A DNA stretch of 64,000 nt from Histomonas meleagridis 2922-C6/04-290x (taxonomy: Eukaryota; Protista; Parabasalia): assembly GCA_020184695.1 (NCBI GenBank), contig JAANOX010000218.1, positions 62,001-126,000 on the forward strand. The letters run 5' to 3'. The position numbers were made by a program, and so were the translations under genes. Below, piece by piece: positions 11,057 through 20,689 of the stretch (position 1 is its first letter; each line of letters begins with the position of its first letter). Under the pieces are notes generated by a model that saw only the letters and a program-made list of their open reading frames with translations, did no database searches and was not told the DNA's origin.

Positions 11057-11285
11057 CATACAAACATTTGCTTATTAATTAAGTAAAAAAAATCGGTAAA
11101 TATTAAATTTACTAGTTAAATAATATTTTTATCATAAGGTATGATGTGTTTTTTATTTAACTACATAATATCACTGCTAACCTGTTAGATATGAAAATTA
11201 ATATATCAAAATCAGAACTTCAGCAAAATTTAATTTTAAAATTTACTAAAACATTTTTTCACTTTGAATAATTTTTAAATTAAAA

Positions 11286-11765
11286 TCATTGATTCAGTTT
11301 CCCTTCGAGGTAATTCCTTACCCAATTTGCGGGCGTTTTCTCGTTTGGTTTCCCCTTCTCGTTGAGCAGGCTTGCCTTTATCATCCTCTTCTTCGCCTGA
11401 GCGACGGGCCCCTTGTCCCAACACTTCGGATATGTGCCTCTGTCCTTGATGACTCGCTTAATCTTTGCAGAGAAACCATGGTCACCATTGTACAAATGCA
11501 CTGCCGTCATTAACTCAATCCCCAATGCGATTGCTTCTCATTTCGTCGTTATGATAACAACAACTTCGTCAACTTCGATTCAGTTCTCAAATCGAAGTAT
11601 ACCAGGAATCATAACTTTAGCGCCGTGACACACTGCATTGACCGATGAGTCCTTCATTACGATTCGTTTGTATTGAGTTAATATACATTCTAATAGCTTA
11701 ACGACAACGAAGATACGATTAGTCGGCTTTGGTGCTAAGAGCCTTTGGCATCTAAGAGTAAGACT
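11286..11765 (-). pseudogene. 3' fragment of dyskerin/Cbf5 (H/ACA pseudouridine synthase), disabled
   Basis: [88 protein letters not shown] matches the PUA/C-terminal region of Cbf5; stops at 11719-21, 11580-82 and 11538-40. Confidence 0.9.
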
Positions 11766-12367
11766 TTGATATGGAATCGCAAAGTTCATAGAACACTTCT
11801 TCTTGAAGAGCTCGTTCTTGGAAACTTTGTTGTCTAACGCTGAGATGAAATACTTGGGAATATTCTGCTCGTCGGTTTCGATGATTTTGGGAATTTGTCA
11901 TATTTTCAAAAGAATTAGATTGTGGAAATGATAATTTGTGGTTTGGATTTTTATGAAGAAATAAAAGAAATTGTTTAATAAATTCGTTTGTTTTTCGATG
12001 TAAAACCTTATTTCCGTACGGCAGAAAGACAAAACTATAAAATAATTTAAAACAAAAATATTTTGGAAAATATTCATTATCATAGAGTTATATTATTAAA
12101 ATAATTTTATAAATAAATTCGTAAAAAATCATGTTTATATCAAAGTCGTAGAAGACTAATAAATATTGAATTTTTTGTAATAAATACAAATTTTTTGTAA
12201 TTCAAGTGAATAATTTAAACCTCCTCATTTTCATTATAAAATTTTATAAAAAAATTCGGGAATTGTGTTAATTATTACGAGATATTTGAATGGAATATGT
12301 TATACAAGAATCATTTTCTCATCAAATAAAATGTTATATATTTATATACACACTATTATTTATTAAT

Positions 12368-13777
12368 TTATATTATTTTCATATCGTTTAAAGCGACTGA
12401 GAGAGTTTTTCTAAATTTTTCCATATCCATGGCAACATCGTCAGGTATTGGAGGCATACAAATAAAGTCATTGCAAACGCATTTTTCATTATTTACTAAA
12501 TAATATTTTAAATTATTTCTTTTTGCTAATTTATCACCCCAATCATTACACGAATAATTTTTATCAGTCACGTCAATTATAGCTGATTTATAAGGCTGCA
12601 TCCAAATCATATGAATCAAATTTGCAAAATGATTGCCGATATATATTTGTGATGAACTTATTATTTCAACTATTTGCGAAAAACGTAAATTATCATTACA
12701 TATTTTGATAGTACAATTTGGACATAAACTTTTTACTTCTTTTTCAAGTATAGATACTGTATGCCATAACGCGATTGATTTATTTGTTTGTTGTTTAGAA
12801 CTAAATAATGTTCGAAGTAAAGTAAAATTTGATTTTAATACATTTCGTATTAATTTTGTATCATTTAATAAAACATTTTTAGTAATGGAAGGTAAAGATA
12901 ACTTTTTAAAACATGAAATTTCATTAAGTTTTATTGGATGACTTAATGAAAAATGGTTTATTAAGCTTATCGAACTTCGTAATGGGTTTTCAAAAAAGAA
13001 AAACTTATTGTCTTTTATTTCTTTATTATTGTTATGGAATTCAAGTGATTTGGATATCGGAAGAAGATGAAATAATATTAAACGCCATTGAACAGGTTCA
13101 AATTGTGGAATTAAAAAAGATGTTTCATTAATAAGTGTTGCGTTTTTTTCTTGTAAATATGACGGAAGTGTCATATGAAGAAATGAAAGTTGTAATGACG
13201 CGCCGCCAAATGAAACATTTGGTCCGGCAAAATTAGAATTTGAGAAAAAAAGAATTTTGTTACGTTCAACACATGAATTAGTAATACGTAAGGTATCGGG
13301 GCCTTTTAAAGGCATTGAGCTATGCGTTTGTAAATCTTCTTCTATGTCTTCGATGTGAAAGGAAAAATTCGTGATAATATGATTAAGACAGCGTAAAGTA
13401 ACATTATATTGTCCTGCTATGTTGGGTGTGTGCGTAAAGTATATAAAATTATCTATTTTTGCCATGTTAGAAAGTTGTGGTTTTGGAAAGGTAAATTGAA
13501 AATTATTGATCTTTAAGTCAAGAGAAAGAAAATGTGGAAGATACTCGGGTGGATATTGGACAGGATCTGTAGTATGGCATGTTATTAGGAGGGATTTGTT
13601 AATAATTTGATATTTATCAAAAAAAATAGAATGGCAATCAATGGAATCAAAATCTTTGTAAAAAGGAGGAACAACTGGACCTGGATCTACAAAAAATAAA
13701 AGTAATGAAATTGTCATAACAAAGATAGTAACAAAAATTAAATTGAAAGATTTTCTTGAAGTAAAAACAAAATTCAT
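12368..13777 (-). CDS. Type II membrane glycosyltransferase family 61 (DUF563)-like protein
   Basis: N-terminal TM anchor; C-terminal 'IYIGNHFANLIHMIWMQPYKSAIIDV' resembles the GT61 HGA-x-L-x-N motif; ATG taken at 13777. Confidence 0.6.
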   Translation of the reverse strand: MNFVFTSRKSFNLIFVTIFVMTISLLLFFVDPGPVVPPFYKDFDSIDCHSIFFDKYQIINKSLLITCHTTDPVQYPPEYLPHFLSLDLKINNFQFTFPKPQLSNMAKIDNFIYFTHTPNIAGQYNVTLRCLNHIITNFSFHIEDIEEDLQTHSSMPLKGPDTLRITNSCVERNKILFFSNSNFAGPNVSFGGASLQLSFLHMTLPSYLQEKNATLINETSFLIPQFEPVQWRLILFHLLPISKSLEFHNNNKEIKDNKFFFFENPLRSSISLINHFSLSHPIKLNEISCFKKLSLPSITKNVLLNDTKLIRNVLKSNFTLLRTLFSSKQQTNKSIALWHTVSILEKEVKSLCPNCTIKICNDNLRFSQIVEIISSSQIYIGNHFANLIHMIWMQPYKSAIIDVTDKNYSCNDWGDKLAKRNNLKYYLVNNEKCVCNDFICMPPIPDDVAMDMEKFRKTLSVALNDMKII

Positions 13778-14608
13778 CGTTCCATTTGTTTTGTCAATAT
13801 TCAATTTTGTTGACGAAAAGGCTTCAACTTCGGCACATAACGATCAATTTCAACACAAAAACGCGCCTTTGTCATAAAAAGACGATAAGTTTTCAATCTG
13901 CATCTTCTTCACGCTGACCCAAACTTCTTCTTTATTATTGATTCCTGAAAAAATTTATCTTTTATAATACTTACCAACAATATTGGGTATGCTTTTTATT
14001 AGATATATCTATTATGATAATATTGTAAAGAATTATCACCTTGAATTCAATTCAAAAAAATATGAATTTCTTTATCAAATAGCTTAAATTTATTTCCATT
14101 ATAGCTCATGATTGCTACTTAGTCACATTATTAATTATTAAATTTTATGAAATTACTTCAGAATAAATAAATAAGAAGATTTCAATTGTCAATAGACACC
14201 ACACTTATGCAAAGATATTCTTCTTCTCTTCGAAAACAAGAGAAAAAATTTGTTTACATAAACAAACAGAATTAATTTTTTATCAAGAATAAAGAACATT
14301 TGATCTTTTCATGAAATATAAGGTTTTAGGACAGAAATGAAAATGATTTGTTTGCTAAAACAATTGCAAGACAAATAAAAATGAGAAGTCACAATCAACC
14401 CGCCCAAATGACGCTATAGTTTTTGATTAAAAAGTTTTTTTATGACAATTGAATTTGTCCTAATCAAATAATTAGCCCATTGATTTTTTCTGAAGCAGAA
14501 CGTTTTTTTCCAGAACGACGAACTTAAAACAACCTTGGTTTAGTAGTTGAATTCAACTCAAAAAACTCACAAAAACCGAATATTCCCCAAAGAGCCCTGG
14601 TTAGACGG

Positions 14609-15166
14609 ATGGAACAGAATAGCAGCGCACAACCTGAGGCAAACAGCAAGAAAAAGAGAAAGACATTCACATTTGAGGAAGATCAAATCCTTATCCAGCT
14701 TGTCCAAGAGTATGGCTATAAGAACTGGGAAATTATTTCGTCTAAAATTAGGACTAGAAGTGCAAGGCAATGTAGAGAAAGATGGAAATTCTATTTGTGC
14801 CCAAGCGTGAATCGTTCTCCTTGGACGCTTGAAGAGGATCATATATTATTTGAAAAATATAATATACATGGTCCAAAATGGTCAATTATCTGTAAATGCT
14901 TCCAAAACAGAACGCTTAATAATGTCAAAAATAGGTGGAATACAATCAATAGAAAGATTCAAAAATTGAAATTGAATGCGAACTCTGAGGAAGACTTTTA
15001 CTTTTGCGGTAGGTTAATAAGTGACGTATCATCAAGATTCCATATTCATATAAATGAGAAAGATATTGAATCATCAAATGAAAAAAAGGAAAATGATCCT
15101 CAATTTGATCCATTTTGTTTCTTTCGGATCGATAATTTGCTGAATCAAATTCCTGAACCTGTTTGA
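14609..15166 (+). CDS. R2R3 Myb DNA-binding protein
   Basis: FTFEEDQIL..W..I..RSARQCRERW..PWTLEED..GPKW..RTLNNVKNRW; C-terminal FRIDNLLN. Confidence 0.95.
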   Translation: MEQNSSAQPEANSKKKRKTFTFEEDQILIQLVQEYGYKNWEIISSKIRTRSARQCRERWKFYLCPSVNRSPWTLEEDHILFEKYNIHGPKWSIICKCFQNRTLNNVKNRWNTINRKIQKLKLNANSEEDFYFCGRLISDVSSRFHIHINEKDIESSNEKKENDPQFDPFCFFRIDNLLNQIPEPV

Positions 15167-15953
15167 TTTGAAATGGACACAATTTTGAAGAAGTAAACCA
15201 TTATGGGTAAATTGCGAAATGTTTTTGAAAAATTTTTCAGTTTGTGATTCAATTGATAAAGCAGTCAATTTCAAGTAAATTTTCACTTTTTAATACATTC
15301 TGGAACTTTTTCATAGATATAGAATTTAAAAAAAATTGAAGTGTTCGTAGGTACTTTTTCAGATGATTTATATGTTGTAAAACATGTTTTTGAGAACTCT
15401 AACCGCACAAAAACATTTAACCTCCAAATTGCACAAAACAAAATCTTATTTTGAGAACACAGTCTTCAGAAAATTTTTTAGCATTCAAAAAAATTCGGGT
15501 TTTGAATCGTCTGTCAAGAAGCCATTCAAATCCTAAAGTTTTTGCAAAAGCCATCTTTCCTTATTTTACATCAATATAATATTCTTTAGCACATGGCAAT
15601 AAAATCTCATAAAAAGAATGAATGTTTCCTTTAGTCTCAATATATTTTCACATAATAATAATAATTTATCAAAAAATATAAAACAAAATGATTTTATATT
15701 AAAAACCAGCTTTAAGAGTAACCTCTTAATGATATAGTTCGGATGAATCCCTTTTATAATACAAAGTTTTAATGAAAATATGAAAAACAAATTCATATTT
15801 TCTGAAAAATAACCAATGATTCTATAATAAAGTGAATTTTATAAAGACCTTGCCACAAACTTTTGAAAATTTTTCATAACAAAATACTTCTAAAAATTAA
15901 TTCCATTCTTTGCTTCATAACAAAATCCAAAACATCAAAAAAGCTATAAAAAG

Positions 15954-17483
15954 TTACATTTTAACATTATTCAATCGTTGACCATTATTTACCATTTTTT
16001 TGAACTGCTTCAACAAGTTCATTGCGATCACTTGCATGTATGAATGCTCATTTGCGTTGAAGCCGTTTTCCAAAATTTTTATTAATTTCAATTCCGGATT
16101 TTTGGTGTAGTACCACAAAATATGTGCGATAACGTAACAACTTATATACAGTCTAAAGTTCAATGAGCTCAAAGCCATTATCCACACATCAGCGCAATCA
16201 CACAAAGGCAACAAATCACTCAACAAAACGGACATCGTATAATTCAAACTTTCGAATGCTTTTAAATCAGTGGTAACTATTTCATGGAACGCCAAAGGAT
16301 GCGCCAAGAAGAAGAAATCCTCCACAATATTCGCTGAAGAATTTTCTTCGAATATTTGAATTAATTCAGCGCGTTCAATCAGCTTAATCATCGACCAAAA
16401 AATTATAATTTCCAAATTTTCTTGGTTTAACTTTATGTTATCTGTCACAACATAATAATTTTTTGCATCTTCATTATTGTACTCAACATCTTGAATAAAG
16501 ATCGAATAGAAAACCCTTAAAATTGAGATTAACTCATTGTATTTGTCGTAAAGGAAATAATAAGTTTGGCATAAACACATTATGATATTGAATGTGATAT
16601 TGCATATATTTTGATCACGTACTATGGTTATTAAATTAAAACGTGACTTGGAAATAACGTTGTAAAGTGTGCGGTAATTGTTTTGTAACCGATTACTTCG
16701 ATTAAACTGTGATATCGAAAGAGTAGTCCATTGTCTCTTGACACTTTTGTATTCATCAATGAATTGTTGCTGAATGTGATTGAGATCAATACCAACTAAA
16801 AAACACCAAACTTCGGCCTTACGCTTTCGAGGGATTTTATGATGTAATACATAGTCTCGCATAGCCTCATATGTAGAAAAGGAATTCGAAATGTCCTTTT
16901 CGGTTTTAATAGCTTCGGAACTATCTTTAGGTGAGATTTGAAGAATAATTTGAGTGTGGTCCATAATAAGTTTGTTCTTTTGTGGGGTTTTGTATGTGGA
17001 TAAAAAATGGGATTGAAGATCCTTACGAACTCGATAGTAAACTTCATTGGGATAGTAGGATGGACTAAGAGAAACTATGTCATAAAAACCAATTAATTCT
17101 TTGGAGACAATTGTAACAACATTAAATAGATTATTGAAAAAATTATTGTAACCTTCGGAACTATCGAACTCAACTACAATCCCTATGTCTTGATTAAAGT
17201 CATAGAAACATATTCGACTTTGTTTAGGAATTACAGTAATATTCGAGTAATATGATAAATCAAAAAGAAAATATCCATCAATGAATTTATAAGGATCTGT
17301 TAGAGGGGTAATAGAGTGTTCGCTGATGATAATTTCTTTTTCTTTACATTTATCATTTCTGAAAATTATGAATACTTTATATTGGAGACGAAAAATAGTG
17401 ACTTTTCCTTGATCATTTTCCTCGCTGTTAATTGATATTTTCACATTGAAATCATTTTTGAAATCCTTTTTTGATACTTTCAT
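15954..17483 (-). CDS. TBC (Rab-GAP)-like protein, divergent
   Basis: 'KIPRKRKAEVWCFLVGI' and 'EYKSVKRQW' resemble the N-terminal TBC motif of the TBC1D15/Gyp7 type; catalytic motifs not recognisable. Confidence 0.55.
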   Translation of the reverse strand: MKVSKKDFKNDFNVKISINSEENDQGKVTIFRLQYKVFIIFRNDKCKEKEIIISEHSITPLTDPYKFIDGYFLFDLSYYSNITVIPKQSRICFYDFNQDIGIVVEFDSSEGYNNFFNNLFNVVTIVSKELIGFYDIVSLSPSYYPNEVYYRVRKDLQSHFLSTYKTPQKNKLIMDHTQIILQISPKDSSEAIKTEKDISNSFSTYEAMRDYVLHHKIPRKRKAEVWCFLVGIDLNHIQQQFIDEYKSVKRQWTTLSISQFNRSNRLQNNYRTLYNVISKSRFNLITIVRDQNICNITFNIIMCLCQTYYFLYDKYNELISILRVFYSIFIQDVEYNNEDAKNYYVVTDNIKLNQENLEIIIFWSMIKLIERAELIQIFEENSSANIVEDFFFLAHPLAFHEIVTTDLKAFESLNYTMSVLLSDLLPLCDCADVWIMALSSLNFRLYISCYVIAHILWYYTKNPELKLIKILENGFNANEHSYMQVIAMNLLKQFKKMVNNGQRLNNVKM

Positions 17484-17595
17484 TTCATTCGGAAAAACAC
17501 CTGAACTTTATTATAAACTTTATAAAAAGTGGAGACCCCGCGCATAAGGCCGATACGTAAACGGCCTCGAGCAATTGTAAACGTACATCAAATCA

Positions 17596-19803
17596 ATGGC
17601 TGATCAAGTGGCACAATTTTATCAACTCAGTACAATTGAAAGCGAACAAAATCGTGATGAATTTATTCAATTTCTTGATGGAACATCAAAAAATTTATCT
17701 GATGGAAATTATCGTGATTTAATTGAAAGAACGCTTAAAGCAAATAAAAAAAGAGTTATTATAAATCTTGATCATTTCAAAGACTATGATCAAAATTTAG
17801 CACAAAACCTTATTCGCGAACCAAGAAAATATCTTGAGCCACTTGAAAATGCAGTTAATCAGTTTATTATCAATATTGGACTCTCACAAACAGCTAAACT
17901 TTCAGTTGGTATTACTGGTTCTCTTGGTGAAAGATGTGTAACACCACGAAAACTTAGTTCAAGATTCCTTACTCAACTCATCTGTCTTGATGGAATTGTC
18001 ACAAAAACATCACTTGTTCATCCTAAACTTCAAACAGCCGTCCAATATTCAGAACAATCAGCCACACACTTTTCAGTTCGCCAATATTATGATGCCACAT
18101 CTCTTAATGAACTTCCTTCACGTGTTGCTCTTCCAACGACTGACATTCAAGGCAATCCATTAGAGATGGAATTTGGCCTTTCCACATTTGTTGATCGCCA
18201 ATTAATCACAATCCAAGAACGTCCTGAAACTGCTCCTGCCGGCCAAATGCCACGTAGCTGTGACGTCATTCTTGAGAACGACCTTGCCGACGTCTGTAAA
18301 CCTGGGGATCGTGTGAAAGTATATGGAGTCTATCGAATCATGTCTGGTCGTCTTACCTCCAATCCTACTGGGATCTATCGCGCCCTTGTCATTGCCAACA
18401 ATGTAGAGATCACTAATCAGTCGCAAGGCGTTGAACTAACAGATGATGACATTAGTGCCATTCGCCGTGTATGTAAAGAAAACTCAGATAACATCATAGA
18501 TCTTCTTGGTAATTCACTTGCGCCATCAATTTGTGGACATCTTGAAACCAAGAAAGCGCTAATGGCGATGTTAGTTGGGGGCAATGAATGTAATCTCGCA
18601 GATGGCACACACATCCGCGGCGACATCAATGTATTAATGGTTGGCGATCCATCCACAGCTAAATCGCAACTGTTGCGCCGTGTAATGTCAGTTGCGCCAT
18701 TAGCAGTGCATACGACAGGCCGCGGGTCATCAGGCGTCGGGCTTACGGCATCAGTAACATCTGATCCCGAAACAGGCGAACGACGACTCGAAGCAGGCGC
18801 GATGGTAATTGCAGATCGCGGCGTTGTGTGCATTGATGAATTCGATAAAATGGACGAAACAGATCGAGTTGCTATCCATGAAGCGCTTGAACAACAAACA
18901 GTTACAATTAGCAAAGCCGGAATCCATACGTCGTTGCATGCGCGATGTTCAGTTGTCGCAGCTGCTAATCCCGTTTGGGGCACGTATAATCCATCGAAAT
19001 CGCCAATGGAAAATGTTGGTTTACCTGATTCGTTGTTATCACGTTTTGATTTGTTATTTATTGTATTGGATTTACATGATCCACAAGTCGACGCGACAAT
19101 TGCTGATCATGTGTTAAGGTCACATAGATGGAGAGGCCGTATTTCCGAAGTTAATAATGGAGTATATATTCAGGCTGATCCATTATTACATGGAAATGAC
19201 CAAACCGAATTGTTGACAATTGATTTCTTGAAGAAATATGTTGTGTATGCAAAGAAGTTACAGCCGGAGCTACAGCAAAGTGCAATAGATAAATTAGTCT
19301 CTGCTTTCGCTGACTTAAGAGCAATTGGAAATCGGAAAACTCAACCAATAACTCCAAGAGCTTTCGAAACATTAATTCGATTATCGACTTCGCATGCAAA
19401 GTTAAGACTATCAGAAAAGGTAACAGATGTTGACGCGGAAGAAGCAATCGCATTATTGAAGTATGCAATATTTGGCGACGTCGAAAATGAACAGAAAAAG
19501 AAAAAGAGAAAATCAAAGAAAGAAAAGAAGCAACAGAAAGAAGATGAAGAAGAAGTGATAAATAATGGAAAAGAAAAACAAAATAATAAATTGTCATCAG
19601 ATGAAATATCAAATAAAATAATGGATGTCGTAAGGAAAATTGCTGCGCTTTCAACAGATCAAATGTCAATAGAAGAGTTCATAGAAATGATAAAGAAAGA
19701 ACAAGGTTTCACACCAACAAAGGCGGAGGTAAAGAAGTTCATTGGAGAACATACAGATAATGTTATGCTAGATGAAAACGAAAAAAATATATTTTTCTTT
19801 TAA
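17596..19803 (+). CDS. MCM3: DNA replication licensing factor MCM3
   Basis: GDPSTAKSQLLR (Walker A), TTGRGSSGVGLTA, ETGERRLEAGAMV, CIDEFDKM (Walker B), SRFDL arginine finger. Confidence 0.95.
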   Translation: MADQVAQFYQLSTIESEQNRDEFIQFLDGTSKNLSDGNYRDLIERTLKANKKRVIINLDHFKDYDQNLAQNLIREPRKYLEPLENAVNQFIINIGLSQTAKLSVGITGSLGERCVTPRKLSSRFLTQLICLDGIVTKTSLVHPKLQTAVQYSEQSATHFSVRQYYDATSLNELPSRVALPTTDIQGNPLEMEFGLSTFVDRQLITIQERPETAPAGQMPRSCDVILENDLADVCKPGDRVKVYGVYRIMSGRLTSNPTGIYRALVIANNVEITNQSQGVELTDDDISAIRRVCKENSDNIIDLLGNSLAPSICGHLETKKALMAMLVGGNECNLADGTHIRGDINVLMVGDPSTAKSQLLRRVMSVAPLAVHTTGRGSSGVGLTASVTSDPETGERRLEAGAMVIADRGVVCIDEFDKMDETDRVAIHEALEQQTVTISKAGIHTSLHARCSVVAAANPVWGTYNPSKSPMENVGLPDSLLSRFDLLFIVLDLHDPQVDATIADHVLRSHRWRGRISEVNNGVYIQADPLLHGNDQTELLTIDFLKKYVVYAKKLQPELQQSAIDKLVSAFADLRAIGNRKTQPITPRAFETLIRLSTSHAKLRLSEKVTDVDAEEAIALLKYAIFGDVENEQKKKKRKSKKEKKQQKEDEEEVINNGKEKQNNKLSSDEISNKIMDVVRKIAALSTDQMSIEEFIEMIKKEQGFTPTKAEVKKFIGEHTDNVMLDENEKNIFFF

Positions 19804-20025
19804 ATAAATTTAATATTAATAGAAAAATCAATGAATTGTTTTTATATTAAATCATTTTTAATTAACTTCTGTATGTGTTAAAATTTTAAATATTATAAAA
19901 ATAAAATTCATTTTATGCAATCAGAATCTATCAAAAAATGATTTTTTTGATTTGCATCACATGGATTTATGTTAATCTATTTGATTAAAATATATAATAT
20001 TAAGATAATTTTTTAGATATCGGAA

Positions 20026-20097
20026 GTCTCCGTAGTCTAATGGTTAGAATAGGAGTTTAACACGCTCTTGACGGCAGTTCGATCCTGCCCGGAGACA
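20026..20097 (+). tRNA. tRNA-Val(AAC)
   Basis: Acceptor GTCTCCG/CGGAGAC plus A73; D-arm with GG; anticodon loop TTAACAC (AAC at 20059-20061); T-arm GGCAG-TTCGATC-CTGCC. Confidence 0.93.
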
Positions 20098-20098
20098 A

Positions 20099-20104
20099 TT
20101 TTTT
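20099..20104 (+). terminator. Pol III T-run terminator
   Basis: Six T residues immediately after the tRNA. Confidence 0.7.
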
Positions 20105-20689
20105 GTTAAATTTTACTTGTATCAAAAAATATTACAATTCCTTTGTATTTCAAAAACACGTCGACTCCTTTTGATTATGTTTTATTTTTTGCTAATTTTA
20201 AGCTTATATGAACCCAAAAATTCAATATAGATTTCATTACTTTCATTCGAAATTAGAATTGCAACTTGTTATTATCAGATGAATTTTTGTAAATTATTGT
20301 GAGTCATCAAAACATATTACTATCCACTATTAGGTACCTAAGTTTAAAATTTGATATGAAATTCATGAATTTTATGAATGGAAATGAAAAATTTGTCGTA
20401 AATTGTTGATTCGACCGTTTATTACTCTGGGTGTCCGATTGAAGAAACTTTTACTGTGACAAATCAGCACATCCTAGTTTTTGAAATGCCTATTAATATC
20501 AATAAAGGCTTTTTAAATCTTCCAGCAACCGATTATTTTATAAAATAAATTTTATATCTTATATAAAATGTACATTCATAAAAATGAAATTTCTGTATAT
20601 ATTTCAACATAATATTATTTTTTAATAATTAAAAAGAATATATTGCTTTATTAATTAAAAATACGCCAAAATTTTTATTTTAACTAAAT

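Noticed and set aside
9982-11582. Stop-codon reassignment or selenocysteine (TGA at Cys/Gly positions, TAA near N-termini)
   Set aside because: Intact housekeeping genes here end in TAA/TGA/TAG and lack internal stops; in-frame stops occur only in loci with other lesions and replace different amino acids.
13945-13974. GTAAGT...TTTCAG 30-mer on the minus strand
   Set aside because: No CTAAC branch motif and no sensible flanking gene model.
18202-19669. Overlapping ORFs inside MCM3 (and similar ones in RPL10A and ArgRS)
   Set aside because: Expected shadows of GC-richer conserved genes; no recognisable protein features.
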